Source: Candidatus Hermodarchaeum yapensis
GTDB lineage: Archaea; Asgardarchaeota; Hermodarchaeia; Hermodarchaeales; Hermodarchaeaceae
Direction of reading: 5' to 3'
DNA: 64,000 nt
NCBI GenBank assembly: GCA_016840405.1
Contig: JAEOSK010000005.1
Span: 39,797-103,796 of the forward strand
Below the pieces are notes generated by a model. It had not been told where the DNA came from. It saw nothing but the letters and a program-made list of their open reading frames with translations, and made no database searches. Below are positions 9,969-19,791 of the stretch, in pieces (position 1 is the first letter of the stretch; every line of letters starts with the position of its first letter). Made by a program: the position numbers and the translations under genes.

Positions 9969-10355
9969 TTGCCGACTGACCGAATCACTATTGTGCTGTA
10001 TGTACGATCTTTCACGGCTTCAATGAGAGCTATGACTGATAGAGGTGCTGGGTCATTTTCTTGTGTTTCGGAATCTTCTCATGGTGCGCGGTCTCAATGG
10101 GATTCTAGTAAAAGTGAGATAGCGGGATCAGCAGGGAAGTTTCTCTCTGAGGCCGATAGGAATGCCACGAGTATTGCCATTAGAGTTGCTGAACAAGCAG
10201 AGATCGATATGAAAGTCATGGATGCGGGCAGAAGTTTATGGACTCGAATGAAATACCTATTCAAGGGTATCCTTCGAACACCACGATTTTATGTGGATGA
10301 CAAAGCGGTCCCAAAAGTCAGCAGTGTTGATTATCTGCTAGCACATATTCAATAG
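9969..10355 (+). CDS. Small putative thioredoxin-fold protein lacking CxxC (paralogue 1)
   Basis: IVLY strand, helix, VMDAG strand and GILRTPRFYVD cis-Pro-type motif. Confidence 0.7.
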   Translation: MPTDRITIVLYVRSFTASMRAMTDRGAGSFSCVSESSHGARSQWDSSKSEIAGSAGKFLSEADRNATSIAIRVAEQAEIDMKVMDAGRSLWTRMKYLFKGILRTPRFYVDDKAVPKVSSVDYLLAHIQ

Positions 10356-10356
10356 A

Positions 10357-10740
10357 GTGGTGGTGTCTTTACTGACGAATCGAATTAGTATCGTGTTGTA
10401 TGTGCGATCCTTTAAGGCGTCGATGGGAACGATGATTGACAGAGAAACAGCTCATTTTTCCTGCCATTGTGTCCGCTCTCATTGGGAAGCCCTCAAAAAC
10501 GAAGCAGCAGGTTCTGCAGGCAAATTCCATTCGGAAGCAGACAGGAAGGCTTTGCAAATTGCGGACCGTGTTTCATCGCAGGCAGAATGTGATATTGAAA
10601 TCATTGATGTGGGCAGAAGTTTATGGACCCGAATGAAATACCTATTCAAGGGCATACTACGAACCCCCCGTTTCTTCGTTTCGGGAAAACCAATCCCATC
10701 AGTTAGCAGTGCTGATCAATTACTTACTCAAATCCGATAA
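10357..10740 (+). CDS. Small putative thioredoxin-fold protein (paralogue 2, contains CHC)
   Basis: Clearly similar to 9969-10355; shares GRSLWTRMKYLFKGILRTPRF. Confidence 0.7.
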   Translation: MVVSLLTNRISIVLYVRSFKASMGTMIDRETAHFSCHCVRSHWEALKNEAAGSAGKFHSEADRKALQIADRVSSQAECDIEIIDVGRSLWTRMKYLFKGILRTPRFFVSGKPIPSVSSADQLLTQIR

Positions 10741-10888
10741 ACCCACATCAACCATTGCTTATCAGCCAGAGACAATTTGACATATTGCCATGCTCCTTGA
10801 TAGAAAGGAAAACACGAGGATTTACTTTAACGCAAGCTTCTAAACACAAGGCTTTAGACAACAAAGGCAACTTCATTCTAGGACGAGT

Positions 10889-11695
10889 ATGAGTGACCCA
10901 GCGGGACAACAGCCTGAGCGAATTGGCTTCGGTCGGGTTGCCGAAGACTATGAAACCACCAGAGGAATACCAGACCATTTTATGAAAGAATTACTCGAAG
11001 ACATCATCTCGACTTGTGGATTGACAGCTAACACTCTTGTGCTAGATTTGGGATGCGGAGCAGGACGATTCTTACGCGAGCTCACATGTCGAAAAATCCC
11101 GGCAGTAGGTATTGATATCTCAAAGGGAATGCTAGAGAAGGCTTGTCTCAATCAACAATCAAGAATATTTCTCCACTCATACTTTGTCTCAGGTGATGCT
11201 GTGGCTTTACCTTTTCAACAGGGTTTATTCACAGGAATTCTTGCCATTCATTTATTTCACCTTTTATCCGATTGGCAGGAAGCCCTCTCTGAAACATTAC
11301 GTGTGCTCAAACCTGGTGGTACACTCCTTACAGGATATGTTGAAGGAGTAACTCATGGATCGTTCCTTACTCGATTATATCGTCGACGACGAGTAGAACT
11401 GGGATATGTATACGAACATCCAGGAGTACATCCGAGTGAAATCATTGCATCACTCCGAGATGAAGGTGCAACAATAGAAACTCATCAATTTAGCACCTCT
11501 ATTGGTGTTCCAGTCCGTCAAACCTTGACTTTTCTTGATCAGCGTGTTTTTTCATCCATGTGGCGAAACCTCCCGGATGTAGTTCATCGACAAATTATGC
11601 AGGAAGTCCGTGCTAGTGCCACCAGTCAGTTCAAGAATCTAGAAGATACAGAGCATGTGCGAATTCATGCCGATTTGCAATTTGTATCGTTTTGA
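10889..11695 (+). CDS. Class I SAM-dependent methyltransferase
   Basis: VLDLGCGAG, GIDIS, GDAVALPF and RVLKPGG motifs. Confidence 0.92.
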   Translation: MSDPAGQQPERIGFGRVAEDYETTRGIPDHFMKELLEDIISTCGLTANTLVLDLGCGAGRFLRELTCRKIPAVGIDISKGMLEKACLNQQSRIFLHSYFVSGDAVALPFQQGLFTGILAIHLFHLLSDWQEALSETLRVLKPGGTLLTGYVEGVTHGSFLTRLYRRRRVELGYVYEHPGVHPSEIIASLRDEGATIETHQFSTSIGVPVRQTLTFLDQRVFSSMWRNLPDVVHRQIMQEVRASATSQFKNLEDTEHVRIHADLQFVSF

Positions 11696-11710
11696 TGAAA
11701 TTTGTAAGGG

Positions 11711-12784
11711 TTACCAGTCAGGTGTCAATCCAACTTTTGCAGCTTGTTTAGATAGTATCAGGTCAAAGCCTTTCTCAAGCTCTCGCATGGTGAGGCGGTG
11801 TGTGACAACCTTGCGGACTTTTTCTCGAAGTTGAGGTCGTCGTAGTAATCCCCGCAATTGGAACCAGGTTCGAAACATTAGTCGACCACTAATACCATAG
11901 ACAGTTGCAGCTTTGAAGATCATGAGACGATTTAGATCAACTTCGAAGGGTTTGGGAAACACGCCTAAAAGACTCACCCGCCCACCAATTGTTAGTGTTT
12001 CGAAGGCTGTTACAAGCCCATCAGGGTGACCGCTCATTTCCACGGCAACATCAACACCGTTGCCATCAGTAGCTTCATGAATGTGTTTCACAATGGCTTC
12101 TCGTCCCATTTCTCGGGCACTAAACACCTCATCGGCACCCATGGCTTTTGCTAGCTCCATTCTAGTTTTATTCCGTCCACCCGCCGTGGCAAAGACTTTG
12201 TCAGCACCCAATTCCTTTGCAACAGCTACTGCCATTAATCCAATGGGCCCCATTCCAATAACCGCAACATTTCGTCCTGCAATATCTTCAACGTGGTTGA
12301 TAGGTAGAAGCGTTTGAACTGCATTACCTAAAGGTTCTTGAATTGCCCCAATAATTGGGTCAAGGGTAGCATCATTTTTCCATGCATTATGAGCTGGGAC
12401 GGATACATACTCTGCGAAGACGCCATCACGGTCTACACCAAGAATAGTCATATTTTGGCAAACATGTTCCCGTCCAGTGAGGCATTGTAGACAATTCTGG
12501 TCAACGATATGGGTTTCTGCTGAAACCATATCACCCACCGCGATATGATCAACATCTTTACCCACTTCAACGACTTTGCCAGACATTTCATGGCCAACGA
12601 TTAATGGCGGTTTGATGCGATTTGCCGCCCAAGCATCCCATTCATAGATATGGACGTCAGTCCCACAAATAGCAGCGCCTTTCACCTCAACGAGGACATC
12701 GGTCTCACCGATTGTTGGCGTATCGACCGAACCGCGTTCTACACCAGGACCAGGTTTCTTCTTCAAGAATGCTTCCATTGTCAC
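11711..12784 (-). CDS. tdh: L-threonine 3-dehydrogenase
   Basis: AICGTDVHIYEWD, GHE, VSAETHI and EPLGNAV motifs; Zn-dependent MDR family. Confidence 0.92.
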   Translation of the reverse strand: MTMEAFLKKKPGPGVERGSVDTPTIGETDVLVEVKGAAICGTDVHIYEWDAWAANRIKPPLIVGHEMSGKVVEVGKDVDHIAVGDMVSAETHIVDQNCLQCLTGREHVCQNMTILGVDRDGVFAEYVSVPAHNAWKNDATLDPIIGAIQEPLGNAVQTLLPINHVEDIAGRNVAVIGMGPIGLMAVAVAKELGADKVFATAGGRNKTRMELAKAMGADEVFSAREMGREAIVKHIHEATDGNGVDVAVEMSGHPDGLVTAFETLTIGGRVSLLGVFPKPFEVDLNRLMIFKAATVYGISGRLMFRTWFQLRGLLRRPQLREKVRKVVTHRLTMRELEKGFDLILSKQAAKVGLTPDW

Positions 12785-12885
12785 CAGCTTCTTTGACCGC
12801 TAAGACTGGTTTTTCGTTTAATCTGGAGTGCTATTTGTTTCTTTGCATTGGTTCAAATCGCGAAAAATTGTTGAAAAAAGAGTGT

Positions 12886-13434
12886 CTAGCGTCTGATGCT
12901 TAATTCCACACCGTCATCATCGATGAGGATGAACCGACTAGTGTACAACCCAGATTCACGTACATGGTTGAGGTAATCTTGCATCTGATCTTCTCGTCTT
13001 CTCACATTATCAGCAACAATCATGCTTCCCCGAAATAGATTCGGTTCAAGAGCCTTCAAATACGCATAGTATTGGGTTTTAAGGGCATCAATAAACACGA
13101 AGTCATATTCATCTTTCAAAGTGGGAATAATCTCTAACGCATCTCCCACTAAGACTTCGATGGTGGGTTCAAGATTTGCCCGTTTGAGGTTTTCTTTAGC
13201 TTGTTCAGCGTATTCAGGGTTGATTTCAATTGTCGTAATCCGGGCACGTGGGGGGAGTTCTTTAGCCATTAGAATGGTGGAATATCCAACATTGGTGCCA
13301 ATTTCAAGAATTCGTTGAGGATGGAATTCACTGGCGATTCGAACGAGGATATGTCCTCGTTTGGGTCCGATGATGTAGTGGTTATTCGAGGCTTCAATTT
13401 CTCGAAGAACCAGTTCAGCTTCAGCTGTACCCAC
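12886..13434 (-). CDS. O-methyltransferase (YrrM/COMT-like)
   Basis: ILEIGTNVGYS, YDFVFIDA and IVADN motifs. Confidence 0.9.
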   Translation of the reverse strand: MGTAEAELVLREIEASNNHYIIGPKRGHILVRIASEFHPQRILEIGTNVGYSTILMAKELPPRARITTIEINPEYAEQAKENLKRANLEPTIEVLVGDALEIIPTLKDEYDFVFIDALKTQYYAYLKALEPNLFRGSMIVADNVRRREDQMQDYLNHVRESGLYTSRFILIDDDGVELSIRR

Positions 13435-13481
13435 GATTCAAACCCCAGTTATTCTAGAACTCGCCTTTCCTAAAATGGGCT

Positions 13482-14144
13482 TTAATCTTTCCGTGATTCA
13501 ATCTCCGACCGTTTGACCATTGAGATTGCTTCAACCGGGCAGGTACTTACGCACACACCACAGCCAAAGCACTTCGAAGGCTCATAATTGAGTGTCCCAT
13601 TTTCCATGCTGCGAGCGTTAAAGTGACACCGATCAACACAAGCACCACAATGAATGCAATCATCTTCATTTTGGAAGGCAACATGGTCAGATTCAACCAC
13701 TAATTCTGGAAAATCAAATCGCATTAGGCCCGCCAGAGAGTGACAACAGCAGGCGCAGCAGCTACAAATGATAAATGGCTCAGCTTCCCCTTTATCAGTA
13801 TAGGACATGTGAACGAGTCCCGCATCATGAGATTGTTTAAGAGCAAATAAAGCCTCATTCAGTGTAACTTTACGCCCCTTACCTTTTGAAATCATTATTT
13901 CAGCCTCTTTATCAATACCGAGGCACACATCTATCGGTCCATCACACGCCTGAACCTTGTTTCGACAAATACAATCTCCTAAAGAGATGAGATTTGCCTT
14001 CTTGAGAATAGCTTCTGCCTGATTGAAATCAAAAATCCGGTTGGTTCCCTCCATCTTAATCTCGACGGGAAGAGTTACAGCTGTCATTTGGCCAACGTAG
14101 TCGCGTTGTAGTTCTTCGCGTGTCCAATCTCTTTTCTCGGGCAT
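13482..14144 (-). CDS. 4Fe-4S dicluster ferredoxin-domain protein
   Basis: CICR, ICSCCACCC and two CxxCxxCxxxC motifs. Confidence 0.88.
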   Translation of the reverse strand: MPEKRDWTREELQRDYVGQMTAVTLPVEIKMEGTNRIFDFNQAEAILKKANLISLGDCICRNKVQACDGPIDVCLGIDKEAEIMISKGKGRKVTLNEALFALKQSHDAGLVHMSYTDKGEAEPFIICSCCACCCHSLAGLMRFDFPELVVESDHVAFQNEDDCIHCGACVDRCHFNARSMENGTLNYEPSKCFGCGVCVSTCPVEAISMVKRSEIESRKD

Positions 14145-14257
14145 GACTCAACTTCACCCGTGGAGAACCACATTGTGTCTGGCTTATTAATTCAACGCCG
14201 TCACCTGATGTAAAAAGTCTTAAGGACTTTATCTTTTCAATCTGTAACTTAGAGAAT

Positions 14258-14875
14258 GTGAGAACAATGAACGCATTTCAGATTTTAGCAATTTGTGGAA
14301 TGCTTAGTCCAATCCTGTATACTGTAATGTGGATTCTTGGTGGTGTGCTTCGACCAGAATACAGTCATATTCGAGATGACATAAGCTCATTACTTTCAGT
14401 TGGAGCTCCCAAGAAACGAGTATTTGATGTGTTCCTCATTCTTTCGAGTACCTTATTGTTTGTATTTTATCTTGGATTACTGTGGGGGATCAACAATGGA
14501 CAGATTCCAATTGTGGGACCCATTTTATTCATAATCAGCGGGTTTATGGGCGTCCTTGTAGCGTTCTTTTTCCCCCTTGATGCAGGGGGTGAAATCATAA
14601 CATACCGGGGAAAAATGCATCTGATTCTTGTGTTTACATCAGGATTGTTAACATTTGCCGGGATGGTAGCACTTTGGTTTGGATTAGCAGGAGTAGGAGA
14701 ATGGAGTGCCTTTGCCACATTTTCACTCATTTCAGCGATCGTTGCATTGGTTCTTATGATCATCTCCGGGATTTTCATGAAAAGTAAGTACAGGGGCCTA
14801 CTCGAAAGATTCGGAGTGAGTGCCTTTATGATCTACTATTTTGTCCTTGCCCTGATGGTATTTCTGACAAATTGA
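14258..14875 (+). CDS. DUF998-family membrane protein
   Basis: YSHIRDDISSL...FFPLD...H...GLLER pattern with several TM helices. Confidence 0.8.
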   Translation: MRTMNAFQILAICGMLSPILYTVMWILGGVLRPEYSHIRDDISSLLSVGAPKKRVFDVFLILSSTLLFVFYLGLLWGINNGQIPIVGPILFIISGFMGVLVAFFFPLDAGGEIITYRGKMHLILVFTSGLLTFAGMVALWFGLAGVGEWSAFATFSLISAIVALVLMIISGIFMKSKYRGLLERFGVSAFMIYYFVLALMVFLTN

Positions 14876-14925
14876 TGTGACTACTTCTTTTATTTAGGAA
14901 GGTCGTAATTACAAAGCCGAGAAGA

Positions 14926-15318
14926 GTGTTGATTATGTTTGTACGGAACCTAAACGACTGCAAGGTCATCACCGCAATTGATGGAACCATTCTCCGGGAA
15001 TTACTTAATCCCCTTCGTGACGGTACTGATTTGAAACTCCGTTACAGCATCGCCCACGCCAGTATTCCAGTAGGTGAAGCCTCCTTTCCCCATCGATTGA
15101 CAAAAGCTTCGGAAGTCTACTATATCCTACAAGGTAAGGGTGTGATGCATATTGATGGAGAAACCCACGAAGTTCATTCCGGCTCTTTGATTTATGTTCC
15201 ACCGATGGCAACACAGCACCTTGAGAACACTGGGGAGGAGCTTATCACATTTCTTTGCATCGTTGATCCCTATTGGCAACCCGAAGATGAAGAACTAGTA
15301 GGCGACCAATACGAATGA
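14926..15318 (+). CDS. Cupin-domain protein
   Basis: PHRL...EVYYILQGKG and IYVPPMATQHLENTG motifs. Confidence 0.88.
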   Translation: MLIMFVRNLNDCKVITAIDGTILRELLNPLRDGTDLKLRYSIAHASIPVGEASFPHRLTKASEVYYILQGKGVMHIDGETHEVHSGSLIYVPPMATQHLENTGEELITFLCIVDPYWQPEDEELVGDQYE

Positions 15319-15387
15319 TGCTCTTTGCCGAAGCCCAAACGGTTTTATCTTTCCTATCACCCATTCTATCACGGGAGTGGAATAGGT

Positions 15388-16260
15388 TTGAAATGCGCTG
15401 TTCATAATGATCTCGAAGCGATTGCTGTATGCCAATCCTGTGGCAACGCACTCTGTCCTGATTGTCGAATCACTATAGCAGGGATTGCATATTGTCAATC
15501 CTGTCTTGATGCAGGACGCATTCGTCGACCTGCCCATATTGCTGCAGAATCTGAAGACCACATGCCAACCCCCCTAGGCAATGTCACTTCAACAAGTCGT
15601 CGGAACTTAATGATCGGATTCTTTGGCATGATTCTCATTGCGATATTCATCCATGCTCAATGGATATTCCCATTAAGCTATTATCCACCTCTCGGAGCTC
15701 AAACTCACATACTAAATGTTTGCCGAACCGTTGGGACCGTTCTGGTGGCCGTAGGAATAGGCCTCAGTGCTTTTGCCTGGAATGAATTCAAGTATTATTT
15801 CAGCTTTCGTTGGGCATTCTTTATTGCATTGGTCACGCTCCTGACTCCGTGGTGGGGCGTTTTGGCAGAAATTCTCATCTTCTCAGGTTTAGTATTTGTC
15901 GAAACAGGACCTTACGGCTTTTTGGGACCAGGTCCACTCGCCCCCGTTTTTAACAATCTAGTTATGGTAAGCAGTTTATGCTTAGGAATCCTAATGCTTC
16001 TGTGGGCAATTGTGCTCCTATACGTAAGAAAGAATTCTCGGGCTCCGAAACTTACCCTTGGATCGAGCATTATCTACATTATCCTAGCACATTTGGCACT
16101 CCTGACACTTGGCCTTTTCCTTCCTTCTCTCATCTTTTATCCATCTTTTGGCATTATATATGGAATTTATGCCATTATTCCTGCAATCATTATTGAGGCA
16201 GGAGTCATTCTAAATGCTGTATTCTTCTACCGTTTAGCCGCTAGCCTCAAACCCTACTAG
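15388..16260 (+). CDS. B-box-type zinc finger membrane protein
   Basis: CAVH...CQSCGNALCPDC...YCQSC followed by about 6 TM helices; TTG start at 15388 preferred. Confidence 0.8.
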   Translation: MKCAVHNDLEAIAVCQSCGNALCPDCRITIAGIAYCQSCLDAGRIRRPAHIAAESEDHMPTPLGNVTSTSRRNLMIGFFGMILIAIFIHAQWIFPLSYYPPLGAQTHILNVCRTVGTVLVAVGIGLSAFAWNEFKYYFSFRWAFFIALVTLLTPWWGVLAEILIFSGLVFVETGPYGFLGPGPLAPVFNNLVMVSSLCLGILMLLWAIVLLYVRKNSRAPKLTLGSSIIYIILAHLALLTLGLFLPSLIFYPSFGIIYGIYAIIPAIIIEAGVILNAVFFYRLAASLKPY

Positions 16261-16350
16261 TGATCAATATCTTATTGAAGAATTAGTTCCCCTACTTGCT
16301 GCGTTCATCCGATGAGGGGAAAGATTATTTCATCTAAGGAGGGCTTGTGA

Positions 16351-17520
16351 GTGGAAGGATGTTCAGTGACACCATCACCTGATAAGTCTCGTCGCATTGG
16401 TTTTCTAATTAATCCAATCGCTGGAATGGGTGGTCGAGTTGGATTAAAGGGGACAGATGGTGTTGTGGAGAAGGCACAACAGCTAGGTGCACAGCCCGTT
16501 TCACCAGACCGTGCAGTACAGTTCTTGAGGGCATTTCTAAGATTGCATTTTAATGGTAGTGAGTTGGAGTGGGTTACATGTCCTGAGCCAATGGGAGCGA
16601 GGGTGCTGCTTGAGGCGGGGATTACACCTGAAGTGGTGCCCATGGAGTTGGATACTGAAACGCAGGCAGAGGATACGCGAAGAGGAATAGAGTTGTTTTG
16701 TGAACGGGAGGTTGAACTCATTGTCTTCGTGGGTGGAGATGGAACAGCCAGGGATATTCTGGATGCGTTGGGTGAGTCGAAAAATGTGCTAGTTCTTGGT
16801 GTCCCTGCAGGCGTAAAGATGTATAGCGGGATTTTCGCCGTATCCCCGGAAGCTGCAGCGGGTGTGGTGATTGATTGGCTAAAAGGAGAAACAACGGCGG
16901 AACCCTTTGAAATTATGGATGCCAATGAAGAAGCCATTCGAAGTGATCAGTTTGCAATTGAACTGTATGGATATCTCCATGGTCCTTTAGTTCCTACACG
17001 AATGCCAGGTGCGAAATTTACTTCGCCAACGACCGTCAATGAGCGGGAGAATCAGGAGGCAGTGGCCCGTACGATTATTGAAGACATGGTTGAAGGAGAC
17101 ACGTACATTCTTGGACCAGGCTCGACTGTGCGAGCAGTCACTAAGCAATTGGGAATAGAGAAAACCTTGTTGGGTGTGGATCTCTATCAGAAGGGGAAGA
17201 TCCATTTGGATGTGAATGAGCAACAGCTGCTAGAGCTTGTTCCAGATTTCTTGCAGACTTGGATCATTGTGTCACCTATAGGAAATCAGGGGATACTATT
17301 CGGTCGTGGGAATCAACAAATAAGTCCAAATATCATCCGTCGTATTCCACCAGAGCAAATATTGGTCGTCGCCACACACAGTAAAATCGGAAGCTTAGCA
17401 GAAAGAGGTCTGCATGTGGATACGGGGGATTCTGATATCGACAAACTGCTAAGCGGATATATTCGGGTGCTAGTCGATTATCGAACCTGGCGAATGGTCA
17501 AGATAACCAGAAACATATGA
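16351..17520 (+). CDS. ATP-NAD kinase family protein
   Basis: INPIAGMGGRVGLKGTDG, GGDGTARD and GRGNQQ motifs. Confidence 0.88.
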   Translation: MEGCSVTPSPDKSRRIGFLINPIAGMGGRVGLKGTDGVVEKAQQLGAQPVSPDRAVQFLRAFLRLHFNGSELEWVTCPEPMGARVLLEAGITPEVVPMELDTETQAEDTRRGIELFCEREVELIVFVGGDGTARDILDALGESKNVLVLGVPAGVKMYSGIFAVSPEAAAGVVIDWLKGETTAEPFEIMDANEEAIRSDQFAIELYGYLHGPLVPTRMPGAKFTSPTTVNERENQEAVARTIIEDMVEGDTYILGPGSTVRAVTKQLGIEKTLLGVDLYQKGKIHLDVNEQQLLELVPDFLQTWIIVSPIGNQGILFGRGNQQISPNIIRRIPPEQILVVATHSKIGSLAERGLHVDTGDSDIDKLLSGYIRVLVDYRTWRMVKITRNI

Positions 17521-17587
17521 CATCCAGGAAAACTTTTTTCACCGAATTCATCTACTTCAGAATATAAACCGAAGAAAGGCGATCAAT

Positions 17588-17956
17588 ATGCCTAAAGGTA
17601 AAAAGAAAAAACAGCCTAAAAACAAAGAACCGGCTCCAGAACCGAAAATTGAAGATCCGTCTACTGAAGAAAAAGCAGAATCTGAACCAGTAATGGTAGA
17701 CATCGCCGCACTCCCGGTTTGGCAACTCATACCCCTCTTCATTAATATCCTGGAACGGGTCGCTTGGCAAAAAATGGGACTAGTTGTGAACCCCCAAACC
17801 CAAGAAATCGAAAAAGACCTACAGCAAGCACGAGTGGCTATTGATTCCTACACATCTCTCCTCGAGCATTTGGGGGACCATGTTGAACCGGATATGAAAA
17901 CCGTACTTAAGGCAAGGTTAACGGACTTAAAACTCAATTTTGCAAAACAGGCTTAA
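17588..17956 (+). CDS. DUF1844-like protein
   Basis: AWQKMGLVVNP...DLQQARVAID...LTDLKLNF pattern. Confidence 0.75.
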   Translation: MPKGKKKKQPKNKEPAPEPKIEDPSTEEKAESEPVMVDIAALPVWQLIPLFINILERVAWQKMGLVVNPQTQEIEKDLQQARVAIDSYTSLLEHLGDHVEPDMKTVLKARLTDLKLNFAKQA

Positions 17957-18059
17957 CTCCCTTCTCAGCCTCCCACTCAAGAATTTAGGTGGATAGTCCT
18001 AAAGAAAACTCCTTCAGCCATTGAAGAGATTTTTCTTATTAGAACTTTGAACTAGACAG

Positions 18060-18509
18060 CTACTTAGCATCTTCTGGAAAGAGTTTCTTTCCTATTTTTG
18101 TATATTCAACAATACCTAATTGTTTGAAAAAAGCCAAATCAGGAGTGGGGATGCGTCGTCCCTCTACGATTTTGCCATCAACTACGCGATAGATGTCAAT
18201 AGCTTTACATTTTATCTTCTTGCCAGTAGGGGCTAGTCCAAGCCATTCGCCTTTATGAGTCCCTGTATAGGTAAAAAGAACCCACACCTTATCCCCTTCA
18301 GCAATGATATCTTCAATAGTTTCATGAAAATCGGGGAAAGCTTTGTAAAACATGTTCATCATTTGTTTGAGGGCTTCCAGACCTTGCAGTTGAGGATAGT
18401 CTGGGTCAACATAATCTGGTGCAACAAAATTGTCTGCTAATTCCAAGTTTTGTTTGTTATAGACTTCAACATACCTACGAACAATCGCTTTATTCTCTTC
18501 CGATGACAT
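18060..18509 (-). CDS. SnoaL-like ester cyclase family protein
   Basis: NKAIVRR, AFPD, IAEGDKV and GTHKGEWLGLAPTGK motifs. Confidence 0.9.
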   Translation of the reverse strand: MSSEENKAIVRRYVEVYNKQNLELADNFVAPDYVDPDYPQLQGLEALKQMMNMFYKAFPDFHETIEDIIAEGDKVWVLFTYTGTHKGEWLGLAPTGKKIKCKAIDIYRVVDGKIVEGRRIPTPDLAFFKQLGIVEYTKIGKKLFPEDAK

Positions 18510-18645
18510 GAAGAATCACCTCTCCTTCATTCTCTTCATTAAACATTTAACCTTTTTTCACTAAATAGAGCTAATCTGTATAGAAGAACGGTTTAATAGT
18601 AAAGAATGGATACCTATTCTAACTGCGATATTGAGAGGATAACCT

Positions 18646-19710
18646 ATGCCAGATGAACCAAAGGCTCACCGGATGCAGCTCCCTGGCGAAGTTGTTATTG
18701 GATCAGGTGTTGTTCATCAATTGGGGGAAGTTGTCCAACGGGTTGTCCCCTCACGACGCGTAATTCTCATCACCAATAAGGACCTGATGAGCGTCGTCGG
18801 GAACGATGCTGTAACAGCCCTGGAACAGGCACAATATGATGTTGAAGTTATTTACATCAAAAAAGCCACCGATGAAGAAGTGGATAAATCCTGTGAACAA
18901 CTGCGTAAGCAAAGTGCGGGTGTTGTTGTTGCTGTGGGTGGAGGTTCCGTCATTGATACGGCAAAATTGTGTTCAACCAAAGAGGGACAACCATTTGTAA
19001 GTGTCCCCACCTCAGCTGCCCATGACGGCATTTCGAGTCCCAGGGCATCTATCAAAAAGGATGGAACCTCTGTCTCCGTTGAGGGACAATCACCAATTGC
19101 GATAGTGGCTGACACACGAGTCGTTACTCAGGCGCCCTTCCGGTTCACTGCTGCCGGTTGTGGAGACTTAATATCAAAAATTACAGCAGTTCGAGACTGG
19201 AAACTAGCGCATACTCTTGGCTACGAGTATTATGGAGAATATGCAGCATCCATGTCGCTTATGGGATCTCAAATAATCATCGAAAATGCAGCCACAATAA
19301 AACCAGGTAATGAACAAAGTGTTCGCATGGTCCTTGAAGCCCTTATCGCTAGCGGCATCGCGATGGGTATTGCTGGGTCAAGTCGACCAGCAAGTGGATC
19401 TGAACACAAGTTCAGCCATGCTCTTGACCGAATCGCCCCCAATCCAGCTCTTCATGGTGAACAGTGTGGTGTTGGAACGATTATGATGGGATATCTCCAC
19501 GCCATTAACTGGGAAGAAATTCGTGATGCACTAGCAACCGTTGGTGCCCCTACAACCGCAAAGGAACTTGGGATGAAAGATGAACATATAATTGAAGCGC
19601 TAAAGATTGCTCACACTATCAATCCTAATCGTTATACTATTCTGGGTGAAAAAGGGCTCACGGAAAAGGCTGCGAAACGCCTTGCACGAATCACAGGCGT
19701 CATTAAATAA
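18646..19710 (+). CDS. egsA: sn-glycerol-1-phosphate dehydrogenase
   Basis: GGGSVIDTAK, PTSAAHDGISS, SSRPASGSEHKFSHALD and HGEQCG motifs. Confidence 0.96.
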   Translation: MPDEPKAHRMQLPGEVVIGSGVVHQLGEVVQRVVPSRRVILITNKDLMSVVGNDAVTALEQAQYDVEVIYIKKATDEEVDKSCEQLRKQSAGVVVAVGGGSVIDTAKLCSTKEGQPFVSVPTSAAHDGISSPRASIKKDGTSVSVEGQSPIAIVADTRVVTQAPFRFTAAGCGDLISKITAVRDWKLAHTLGYEYYGEYAASMSLMGSQIIIENAATIKPGNEQSVRMVLEALIASGIAMGIAGSSRPASGSEHKFSHALDRIAPNPALHGEQCGVGTIMMGYLHAINWEEIRDALATVGAPTTAKELGMKDEHIIEALKIAHTINPNRYTILGEKGLTEKAAKRLARITGVIK

Positions 19711-19791
19711 TAATCAGACTCACGGCAGATTTTTGAACCCTCTTCGAGAGGGATATTGTAAGGCTAGAGATTTCTACTCTTTGACTATGGG

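Noticed and set aside
16305-16937. 210-aa antisense ORF, representative of many shadow ORFs in the track
   Set aside because: Lies almost entirely opposite a well-supported gene and has no motifs.
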